From: Ranitomeya imitator
Lineage: Eukaryota
Assembly: GCF_032444005.1 (NCBI RefSeq)
Contig: NC_091283.1
Span: 561,968,001-562,032,000, forward strand
DNA: 64,000 nucleotides
Direction of reading: 5' to 3'
Shown: piece after piece, positions 50,201-60,219 of the stretch
How positions within the stretch are numbered: position 1 is the stretch's first letter
Layout: the number at the start of each line of letters is the position of its first letter
Notes under the pieces: model-generated
The model's database searches: none
What the model was told of the DNA's origin: nothing
Seen by the model: the letters and a program-made list of their open reading frames with translations, nothing else
Position numbers and translations under genes: made by a program

Positions 50201-53200
50201 CTCTCCAGCGACCAAACAGCGACGCTGCAGCGATCCGGATCGTTGTCGGTATCGCTGCAGCGTCGCTTAGTGTGACGGTACCTTAAGTGTGAACCTATCC
50301 TTATAGCTTAGGGAGTTACTGTATATCTGGACAATCAGGGAGTTGTAATCTTTGATTGAATGTTTATTAATTATTGCCTCCACATTTCATGGCAAGATAC
50401 AAAGATAGAAAATATACAAAATATTTGTATAAACCATTTTGTATTTAGTTGAATGTACAAAAAATAAGTGTTTTCTACAGATTCCTACTGATTATGGCCA
50501 GGGGTGAACTGTGGTCAGTCAAAGACCTTCTGACGTGTTAATCAGGACGCACACGGGGGACACAGGCAGCGGATACCGGCTGCCCGATCCACTGATCAGG
50601 ATGAGCCTTTATAAGTATTTTGGAGAGAAAGAACACAGATTCATCAATACGGGTCTTTGATTGTGGCATCTTTAGGTTGTGAGGGGGAGAGTACATAGCT
50701 GGAGTCCAAAAAAGTGGTATAAGAGACCCAAGTGTGGCACAGGGGAGGAAAGGGCAGGAAGGATTCCCAGGGGAATAACATTCATGAACCAGAAGATCCC
50801 TGGAGGAAAGACATTCCAAGAGGCCCGTACCATGAGGTGATACCGGGAGTGGACTGAGGAGAACTGAAGGAGTTGATTGAAGAAGAAGAAAAGCGAATTG
50901 TATCATCATTTTCTCACTCCCCCAGCTTTTCCTTCAGAGGTGCTGTGTGAGGTTATTTTCTTGCGAGGCAAGATGATGTTTTTATTGGTATAGTTTAGGG
51001 GGATGGGGGGTTGGAGGGGGTGGACAGAGGACTAATATCTTCAATTCTGGGGGTTTCATTTTTTTATTTTAGATTTACAGCATTTCCAATACGGGTTAAA
51101 GAGGCAGATGTCGGCTGTATAACGGCTGATATCTGCCATGTGTGCATGTGTGGAGTGGGCTCAGCTCTTCAGTTGGCGCCATACATCGGACCGGAAGGGC
51201 GCAGTCAGACGGCCATGTTACTCACGCAAGAACCGCATCACAATCCTCAGACAGCCCATGGGCTCTCCTGACCTGAGCGTGACAGCTGCATAGTAATACA
51301 TGCTGTAACACTCAGATTAAGAGAGAAAACGGCCAATCCGAGGATTGCAATGCAATCATCGCACGAATATAAAGGGCTGTCTGACTGTGCCCGAAGGGCT
51401 TAGAGGATTTGTAAACTTCTAACCAATCCATAGCGTAGGATGACAACTTGCTGACATTATTGGGGGCCCTCTCTGATTGGAGCGGCAGTTGTGCATGTGC
51501 TCTGCTACTCTATACATTGTCTATGAACTTTCTGGAGATTGGGTTGTATTTGGGAATTTCCACAAGTCCCATCACATAGACTTGAATAAGTATAATCCTG
51601 ATGCCGACAATAGTAATGGGTAATGTGTCCCACCTACCAGCATTGGACAGCATGGAGGCCAGCAGCTTGCATACGATAGACCCTCTCTTGCGCATTTTAC
51701 TCTGCTTACTGTAAGGAAAGTAAGGGATGACCCCAATGATGTTCTTGGCACAGGATGTCTTGAGAGCATATGTCATGATCAATAGCTCCATCACGGCGGT
51801 GTTCACATCCCTGTGAAGGTATTTGCCAATACAAAAAGCTATTAGAGCATGTCCAATGGCTACTTACAAGACAATAACTCAGATACAATAGATTATTCTT
51901 TACTTCAAAGCCCCAAATTAACCAGCCTGATGGTCCATGCCTGTTAAAAGTCGGCACACCTGCCACTATAATTCTGTGACCTTCAAGCCTGAATTACATG
52001 AAGCCTTCTCGGGGCCAGAGATGATAATGCTAGCTTTAATCCCTATTCACCGACAGCTGCGGATGCCAAAGGAATGAGGTTTATGCCGAGCATCTCCTCT
52101 GTGTGGTGTATCCCTTCTCATACCCAAATTATATGGCTCCCTGGAATAGCAGCGATCAGCTGATGGGCTAGTAATAATAAGAGAGTGGTAGATTAGGCTG
52201 GTTCAGAGGGGACCATCACACAATCTGCTGTCCTATATGGCAGAATTATCATTTATTGCTTTCTTCTCCTACAATCATGCCAGCTGCGCCCCCCTCCCAG
52301 GGGCGATATATTTAGTCACCTTGGGATTGTCTGTATGATAAATATATCTTGTCCACGGACCGATTCCTGAATTTCGACTCTGGTTTCTAAAGAGACAAGG
52401 ACACCATTAATTGAAAAGAATATTAATACATTGATGCATAAGGTGACAGTCTGGACATCTCACCTCCATTAGTCTCCTGGTAGACAATGGCTTTTCCAAG
52501 CTCTACTCCCAGCCGCCTAAAAGAGAAAAGAACGGCTTTATGCATTAAATTACAAGACAGGAATACAGTTACAGCACATTAAATAACATTATCCACCACC
52601 ATTACACCTATCCTAGGAGAAAACAAGAGATTGGGCAGTTTAAGTTCCTCAGCCATAACATTAAAACAACCTTCCAAACATTGCGTATGTTACTACTGGA
52701 CCAACAAAAGAGCTCTGACCCATTGAGACATGGATTTTTCAAGACTCCTGGAAGTGTCTTAATGTTGGCACAAGATCCTAAAGGTTCTGCAAGCTGTGAG
52801 ATGGAGTCTTCATGGATCTAAGCTGGTGTTTTCAAGAACGTCCCACAAATTCTCAAGTGGACAAGGATCCAGGGACTTTGGAGCCCAAGACAATATCCCA
52901 ACTGCTATTAGGGAACACTGGTGCCATAAAGGAGTACACTTGGTTTACAAGAATGGGTAAGTAGGAGATACATGTCAAAGATCAGGACCCAAGGTTCCCC
53001 AGAACATAACCCAGCCTTTGTCAACACATCTTCCCATATGGCATCCTGGTGACATCTCTTTCTCAAAAAAAAGACATTCAAGTACACCTGGCCATTCACA
53101 TGATTAAAAAAAAAAAAACACGACCAGGCCATAGTCTTACATTGCTCCATAGTCCAGTGCTGAAGCTTATGAGCCCATAGTGAATGCTTTCTTTGGTAGA

Positions 53201-54494
53201 CAGGGGATCACTTCCATCTGCATCAACGAGCCTTGAGCCCCTGGGATCCCCTAACTACGTAGTTCACCACCTGTCCTTCCATGGACCACTTTTGGTGGGT
53301 ACTAACTACTGCATAGCTGGAGCACTCTATAAGACCTCCTGTTTTGGTGATGAGATGACCCAGTCATCTAGCCATGACAATTTGGCCCTTGTTTAGGGCA
53401 GCTCGTATTCTTTGTCTTGCAATGTTTGATGCTTCCAACACATCAACTTCAAAGAGTATTATGTTCCAGCCTTTGTCACGGAATCATCAGCGTTATTCAT
53501 TGCAGCTGACGGTGCTTTTCATGTTACGGCTGATCATGTATTGTCTCCTTATTACCCTTTTGATACAATGTTTTGCCGTCAAGCCTAAAAGTGGATTCAA
53601 AAGTGGGGACATTTTGTTTGTATATCATTTCCTTCACCATACGATCCACCTGTGACAATGACTTCCCAAACTGCATTAAAACGGCACGTGTGAGAACACC
53701 CCATCAGAAGTCTGGAAACGTTAGTTGGCACGCCGCACCCACTATTCTTTGAAACATGAAACAGAATGGTCTGAGGAGAAAATAGGATGTCAAATGGAAA
53801 CTACAGAGAAAAGAAGTGCCACAGTGATTCTGAATGTGGCCAATACTAGGGAAAGGATGCACAAACCACAATGGACTTGGCAGGTGCAAGAAATATAATA
53901 AGGCACCCAGTGGTACCATTTTGGGCATACTACATGGCACTTAATAGAATCTGTAAGCAAGTTTTTGCTAACCCAGCTGAGAACAGCATAATGTAGGGGT
54001 AGAAACACTAATTCCAGCGATATATCCTTTACTGGGCTGCTTGCTGCAGTTTTGATAAAATCACTGTTTTCTCTGCTACAGATCTACCAGTTTTCTGAAG
54101 GATGAGCTTTTTAGAACCCCGCCCACATCACGGATTGGCAGCTTACTGTGTACACTGTGCATAGGCAGAAAGCTGTCAATCAATGGTGGGGTTATACAGA
54201 GCTTATAAGTATGGTGGACTATATGACAGCAGGTTTACTAGTCCGCTAATAATAATATCCTGCTAATAAAACTGTGATTATCAAAGCTGCACCAAGCAGC
54301 CCAGTAAGTGACATATCACATGATCTCAGTCTCTACAATGTGCCTCTCTCAGATTAGGTAGCACAAACCTGGTGACAGATTTCCTTTAAGAACAAGCAGA
54401 CCCACACTTACTCTGTGATCCTCTTGGCCAGTTCCACGCAGGCAGGACTGGAGTTGGCAGAGAACACCCGGTAACCGCTTTTGGCTGAGTTCAT
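41054..54494 (-). CDS. PRPSAP1: Phosphoribosyl pyrophosphate synthase-associated protein 1 (PAP39), complete 10-exon CDS, 356 aa
   Basis: join(54494-54412, 52516-52464, 52386-52320, 51810-51638, 49495-49380, 49279-49224, 48579-48434, 41898-41828, 41738-41592, 41212-41054) = 1071 nt. All introns are GT-AG with consistent phases. Diagnostic residues ([41 protein letters not shown]) match PRPSAP1 rather than PRPSAP2. Confidence 0.96.
41592..41738 (-). CDS. PRPSAP1: PRPSAP1 coding exon 9 ([15 protein letters not shown]...DSLIDE)
   Basis: Acceptor TTCAG|GAT, donor GAG|GTCAGT; 147 bp. Confidence 0.95.
41828..41898 (-). CDS. PRPSAP1: PRPSAP1 coding exon 8 ([23 protein letters not shown])
   Basis: Acceptor AAAG|TG, donor GTG|GTAAGA; 71 bp. 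Confidence 0.94.
43109..44470 (+). mobile_element. Degenerate, internally deleted Tc1 element in PRPSAP1 intron
   Basis: TA|CAGTGGCATGTAAAAGTTT left end. Fragments [20 protein letters not shown] and [15 protein letters not shown], with stops and frameshifts. Confidence 0.85.
45497..46530. mobile_element. Rearranged Tc1 remnants (a minus-strand transposase fragment, then a plus-strand C-terminal fragment and right end)
   Basis: Minus strand ends ...KANGDDTKY* at 45501; plus strand reads PDLNIIES...KAKGG and CTAAAACTGTTGCACAGTAGTG|TA. Confidence 0.65.
47600..47950. mobile_element. Kolobok/T2-type MITE (same family as 53945-54385), left end degraded
   Basis: Right end CAGATTCCCT|TTAA; internal inverted repeats shared with the 54-kb copy. 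Confidence 0.6.
48434..48579 (-). CDS. PRPSAP1: PRPSAP1 coding exon 7 ([18 protein letters not shown]...HPGLEIP)
   Basis: Acceptor CTAAG|G, donor T|GTAAGT; 146 bp. Confidence 0.95.
49224..49279 (-). CDS. PRPSAP1: PRPSAP1 coding exon 6 ([18 protein letters not shown])
   Basis: Acceptor TTTTCAG|, donor AG|GTAAAA; 56 bp. Confidence 0.93.
49380..49495 (-). CDS. PRPSAP1: PRPSAP1 coding exon 5 ([18 protein letters not shown]...QYIQEE)
   Basis: Acceptor TCAAG|GA, donor GAG|GTGAGC; 116 bp. Confidence 0.95.
50081..50283. mobile_element. AGGTACC-family MITE, right part only
   Basis: Hairpin module plus terminus GTGTGACGGTACCT|TAA. Confidence 0.8.
51638..51810 (-). CDS. PRPSAP1: PRPSAP1 coding exon 4 ([10 protein letters not shown]...LASMLSNA)
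   Basis: Acceptor CACAG|G, donor G|GTAGGT; 173 bp. Confidence 0.95.
52320..52386 (-). CDS. PRPSAP1: PRPSAP1 coding exon 3 ([21 protein letters not shown])
   Basis: Acceptor CTTTAG|AA, donor AG|GTGACT; 67 bp. Confidence 0.93.
52464..52516 (-). CDS. PRPSAP1: PRPSAP1 coding exon 2 ([17 protein letters not shown])
   Basis: Acceptor CTTTTAG|G, donor G|GTGAGA; 53 bp. Confidence 0.93.
53945..54385. mobile_element. Kolobok/T2-type MITE ending ~26 bp from the PRPSAP1 exon donor
   Basis: TTAA-flanked; GAATCTGT...ACAGATTTCCT termini. Confidence 0.65.
54412..54494 (-). CDS. PRPSAP1: PRPSAP1 coding exon 1 ([27 protein letters not shown])
   Basis: ATG at 54494; donor GA|GTAAGT. Confidence 0.92.
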
Positions 54495-56723
54495 AGTACA
54501 GGGACCATTCAGCCACTTTGGGGGCCGGGAGCAAGAGAAAACAGACTTGTGAGGCATTTGCATCCGTCTTGGCATGACGATGACACCTGAAATACACTGA
54601 CACGGCTCCCTCATCAACAGAAAGCATGGCAGCCCAACATGTACAAGCACAAGGCACAGAACAGCCCTACATGAACAGACATATGACTGCGATACAAGGG
54701 GAGGATGCACAGCAGTTACGGCATGGACTTTATATCAAACATTCTCAGCAAGGGTTTATAGGGATGACCTCGCTAGACTAATATGATATTAGTATATGGG
54801 CTCCCTGCTGGGCAGCCAGAGGCTGAGTATAATGGGCCACGTGAATTAATAAGGCACTGTGGAGTTCCAGAGCGAGTCCTGGCACTCATCCCACCCGATC
54901 ACTAGTGCCGGGAGGACAGGGAAGCCACTATACATTTCCATTAGCGCATGCGGCACAATTTCCGATACTAGATAACCCTATAGACATGGTAAAGAGTCCT
55001 GTCCTAGTGCAATATTAATAGAAATTCAATAGTACAGGAGTTGGTGAGCGGACTGCCGGTCTCCTGGAATACACAGTGTCCCGCTCTATAGTGCACATTC
55101 CTGCAGTGTTCCCCAGCAGCACATCTCAGCATGTAATGGATATGTCACTTCTGTCCCTGGTACTCCCGGAAATGCTCAGTTCTGTAATTACACCACTCGC
55201 CTCCTCCTGCCCCCAGCTACTCATAGCTGTAGACTCAAAGATACCCCTCGCAGCAATCCACATCTACAGAATATACCTACAATCCTTCACAATCCATTGT
55301 CACTGCTGCAGCCAGTCAGCACATGCTAAAGTAGCCCTTGTGTTCAGCAAAGTGAACCCACCGACTATACTGGGCCAGGGTAAGGATAACCATTACATCC
55401 CTCCAATTCTTCACATTATCAAAAGACATGAACGGGTTGTCCGCCACTCAGACATCCTCTTCTCAATTATTATACTCCTCCACATAAAATACAATCAGCC
55501 TGTACTCCCCTCTGGCGCCACGTCTCTAGGGGCTCGCATGGTGTTATGTCAAGGGAGACCTGCAGCCAGAGACTACTAAGGACCCGCTTCCTCAAACTAA
55601 CATTGGCTGTAACTGACATCAGGAGGAAGTCAGGAATTAGCAGTCCTCACCTCTTAGGGATGTCAGTTTCGTCTGAAGGAAATGAGTGAAGCAGCCCATT
55701 AGCGGTCACTGATTGGCTGCAGGGCTCATGTGACATAACATCACGTGAGACCTAGCACAAACAAGAGTGACCCCACCGGTCAGACATTGATGACCTATCC
55801 TAAGGATAGGCCATCAGTGTTAAAGTAGTGGACAACCTCCTTAAGACTGGTGTGTAAACTAGTTCATTGAAGTGAATGGGAGCTGAGCTGCAGTACCTTG
55901 GAATGGCCACCACTGAGCGTAAGGAACTGTGGTGTTCTGACTCCATCACTGAACTTCTGGCACTAGGTATCTGCTGTTCGGTAGGGTGCCCTGGTATTGG
56001 GCCCGCACTAATCAGATACTGATTACTTACCCTAAGGATAGGTCAGATCTAGTCAACACTTTTTTTAGTAATCTTTCACCTTGAATTTTTTGTCCATTTG
56101 ATATAATGGTCCTAACCTCACTCCGTGTCCTGGTGAGAGCCTGAGCAGAGTGTTAGAGGTATTCTCCATAGATTTATCCACTGCTCCAGCCCATTCTCGC
56201 AGCTTTATGGGTCGTTGGTTGATAGTGAGACATTACTAAATCCATAATATATATATACATACATGGGAAGGCCTACAAGAACATCATCTATGGCAGTGAT
56301 GAGATGTGCTGCAGGAGAAGGACCTCTATCTGCAGAGGACAATTAGAGCTGCAGACACAATGTGGAAACGTAATCTTCCGGCGTTACTCTGTCTATTATC
56401 TGCTATGTTGGTGCTATCAAATAAGTTCCTCTCCTGTATCCGTGAATTGAAATGCCTCCATTCATGTGTGACCATGTGAAATGAGAGTGATGGGAATTTA
56501 CATGTCCTGACATAGCTGGGAGCTCAGTGATTTCAGAAGACTCCACTGCTATTGTTGGCAGCAGCGGTGGATTACATGACAGCGCAGGAGACATGTTGTC
56601 TTCCTTTAGATCAGGTCTTTACCTTGGTTAGCGGAGAAGTGAGCACCTGGCTAGGGAGACAGGAGGGGTGTCGCTGGAAACACCTGAGACTAGTAGGGTG
56701 ATCTTCTGTGGTATCCGCTGTTA

Positions 56724-56918
56724 GGCTGCCGTCACACGCTCAGTATTTGGTCAGTATTTTACATCAGTATTTGTAAGCCAAAACCAGGAGTGGAACAATT
56801 AGAGGAAAAGTATAATAGAAACATATGCACCACTTCTGGATTTATCACCCACTCCTGGTTTTGGCTTACAAATACTGATGTAAAATACTGACCAAATACT
56901 GATAGTGTGACGGCAGCC
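56724..56918. mobile_element. Harbinger-type palindromic MITE
   Basis: TTA|GGCTGCCGTCACAC...GTGTGACGGCAGCC|TTA. Confidence 0.85.
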
Positions 56919-57732
56919 TTATAATTGTCGAGACTGAGCAGACAACATGGGCACATGCCCTTAGCGTCCAGTTCGAACACCATCACGTGTACACAGGATA
57001 CAACACTTAACCATTTCCAGTTGTCCCATAGTCAATAAATGGAGTGGAGATCCAGTATGGGCACTTTTACTCTTCAGAGCCCTACTGTGAGGATCCAGGT
57101 ACTTGGTGGCGTCCCTATGGATAGGGAATCACTTTCTATTCTAGGAATATCCCTATTCCTATACACACTGGGGAGTGCGTGATTATGTACAGCTGGGAGG
57201 TATTAAAAAGTATGCGGGCATCTTTAGACTCAGTAAGGTAATTCTACATTCATACATTTCTACATAAATTGTACATTTTTGTGGGATAGTTACACTCGTC
57301 CAGGCAGTCTGATTACAGCGCCATATGGTGCATCACGGGCGCATCTTTATAGAATGCAAACATGTCTGCCTTGGAGCAAGATGGACTCCGCTTTCCTATC
57401 AGCCAAATGCATCTTCCATGGGCAGTGGGTGCACGTATATAAGCCCCCCATACACCAAAGAGTGGCGTCTGAACCCGCCTATATTGGCAGGACAACCTAA
57501 TGTATATGGAGGTCTCCCAACAGATAATGCTGGGGTAGATAAGGATCTGGCATGGTAGATTTTGGACTGCTGATCCTTTTCGTTCTTGGAGAGACAAATC
57601 AATGCCAAAAGGAGTCTGGGAGCAGCTCTCTCATAAAGAACACATGAACACTTGGCAGAGAGGGCAGAAAAGTTGTGCAGACACAACTTAAAAAAAAAAA
57701 AACGTTATTTCAGCCTGATCTGTTTTTTTTTT

Positions 57733-58551
57733 GACAGGAGCTCGGCGCGAGCCGCTCGTTACGATATGTAATTGCCCTTTCTCCGATTATTTAATGAATA
57801 AACTGTGACCGACCTGTTCAACCCACCTAGGACTGTGTGTGTTTCATTACGGGAGTGATGGGAGGGGGGAAGGCACTGGTTACGACACCCAGGTCTCCAC
57901 AGTCTGGCAGACGCGGTACTGAATAAGGTACGCGTCTCTGACTGGGGAGCACTTATAGAGAGCTGCATGTAAAGGTGGTCCATGCCAGTTCCCCCCTAGC
58001 ATCACTCCCCCCTTAGTGATGCACTAATTGGAAGACCCGCAGCCGGCCAGTGGGCACTAGATGGGAGGGGTCCTACGGCCACTCCTACAGGGGTTAAATC
58101 CAGGTGTCCGGCCAGGAACTTTCTCTCACTCTCGGCAGGACACCTGGAAGCTTTTGTCCCACCCACCCACCCTCCCTTTTAAAGGCTAATGATTAAACTA
58201 ACCCGCAGGAGAATGTAAATGTGTGAATTATGTTGTAAGATTTAAAAAAAAAAAAAATAATAATTTTTACGCAGGTTGATAGAACTAACCCCTGGTAACC
58301 TTTATTAAGTCACAGCGGAAAAAGCGGAGGAGGGCAAAGGACGTAACCGCTCGTTGGGCCAATTCCCCTGTCGATCACGGACAGGAGCTCGGCGCGAGCC
58401 GCTCGTTACGATATGTAATTGCCCTTTCTCCGATTATTTAATTAATAAACTGTGACCGACCTGTTCAACCCACCTAGGACTGTGTGTGTTTCATTACGGG
58501 ATTGATGGGAGGGGGGAAGGCACTGGTTACGACACCCAGGTCTCCACAGTC
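57733..58551 (+). mobile_element. Small non-coding LTR-like element (TRIM-like; 647-bp period, ~170-bp direct repeats)
   Basis: 57733-57904 is repeated at 58380-58551. The repeat contains AATAAA and ends ...GGTCTCCACA. TGGCAG (PBS-like) follows the first copy, and a purine tract then TGTAAAT at ~58214 suggests a second LTR start. Flanked by an ~84-bp direct duplication. Confidence 0.55.
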
Positions 58552-59674
58552 CACTTGGCAGAGAGGGCAGAAAAGTTGTGCAGACACAACTTTAAAAAAA
58601 AAAAAAAAACGTTATTTCAGCCTGATCTGTTTTTTTTTTTTTTTCAACACTGAAGTCTATGGAAAACCGATCGGTTAATTCGCCATCAGTTTTTCTTTCA
58701 TTTGAAAAGAATCTGTTTTAGCTTACCGAATCCGTTTGAAATGGAAGACAACGGATGGTTAACGGATTCATTTTCCACAGACTTTCAAAAAAAATGGATC
58801 CAGCTGAAATCGGATTTTTAAAAATGTTGTGTCTGCACAACTTTATTTTGTTGCCAATGAATTGCTGCTGGGTCCATTCTGATGCTTAGTACTGGACATG
58901 TGAACGTAGCCTAACCCCGTAGATTGACAGGCCTTCGTGTACCAAAGGTTGTCATCCCAGTGTTTGCTTTCTCAGTGTGTGATAACAGTCCACTCATCTT
59001 CTGTCTAAAATGTGGCTCTCCTCAAAAAGTCCCTGGGTAGTGCTGACCCTGCCACTTTATGCCGCCTCTGGATCTTTATACACCACTACAAAGGCTCATT
59101 AGAACATACTGGACTACAAGGTAGCAGAAAATCAACACTGGGTAGCTTCCAAAAGGACAATCACTGCCCTGTTTTAATATTATAGTTACTTTCAAAATGT
59201 TATTGAAAAACCAACGCCAATTAAAAAGCCGTGGTCAATTGCTTCCTATCTCTGAGCTGTTTCGCCTTTTGAGGCTTCATCAGGGGCTCCAAAAGTGAGG
59301 ACCATTGAGGAGATGGGTGTTCTAGAGGAGTGCCTCTTTTGGAGAGAAGATGAGTGGACTGTTCTCACATACTGAGAAAGAAGTGGTGAGATAACAAGGT
59401 TGACTGTAAACATCATGGGTTACATTACATCAGCATGTTTATATATATATAGCACTGTGTATTCGGCAGATAGAAAACTTCACCCTCTTAGCTCCAAGGC
59501 AGATTTTTATTGTTTTGTTTCCAAGAGTTGGCCACAATTCACACAGGGAGTGGTTGTTCTACTAGTTTCAGCCGTAATTAGCAGATCTCAATCTATATCC
59601 AACTGGATTATTGGCAGTGACACACTTTTAGTAGAAAACTGACCCACACTGAGATTAAATATGTTGCAAATTAA

Positions 59675-60034
59675 AGGCGTTGTCCGGCCCAAATCGATAA
59701 GTCTGCAGTCATTCTATGTGACCACAGACTTATGAATCCCCCAGTGCACAGATTTGCTGGTTTCTGAGCTGGGAGTGGAGGGTATGTATGCGTTACACGT
59801 ACTCATGGCAGGGCCCTTCTTGTGGGCGCATTTGTGTGGAGCAAGGCCGCATCCCAACTAGAGAAACGGCAGTCCAACTGGCCGCGAGTACGTATAACAC
59901 ATACATACCCCACTGTTCCCGTCTCAGAAACCAGCGAATCCTCGCAGATCACAGTGCGTGCACTGGGGGGATTCATAAGTTTGAAGTCACACAGAGGGAC
60001 TGGCAGACTTATCAGTTTGGATCGGACAACCCCT
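59675..60034. mobile_element. Kolobok/T2-type MITE
   Basis: TTAA|AGGCGTTGTCC...GGACAACCCCT|TTAA. Confidence 0.85.
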
Positions 60035-60219
60035 TTAAGTCTTAGCCACACCACATTTGAGTCAAACAAAGGAAGTGTGCTGCACACAGTTAAAAGTTTA
60101 GTAAATTTGTATAAAAAGCAATGTACCAGAATTTTGGCCTAAAGAACCGACAACCATCTGCAGAAATGTGGGCCATTTTGTAACGTTAGAATTTTGCCCT
60201 GCATCCTTCCCTCTACAAG

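Noticed and set aside
50538-50909. 123-aa ORF with faint DIRS-like words ([11 protein letters not shown] in another frame)
   Set aside because: Too degenerate to support without a profile search.
41054-54494. Assignment as catalytic PRPS1/PRPS2 or as PRPSAP2
   Set aside because: It has the PAP-specific insertion (DGRHSPP...HPGLEIP) and the PRPSAP1-type N-terminus, residues and 356-aa length.
55076-55579. 167-aa plus-strand ORF upstream of PRPSAP1
   Set aside because: Non-ATG start, no recognisable domain and no splice support.
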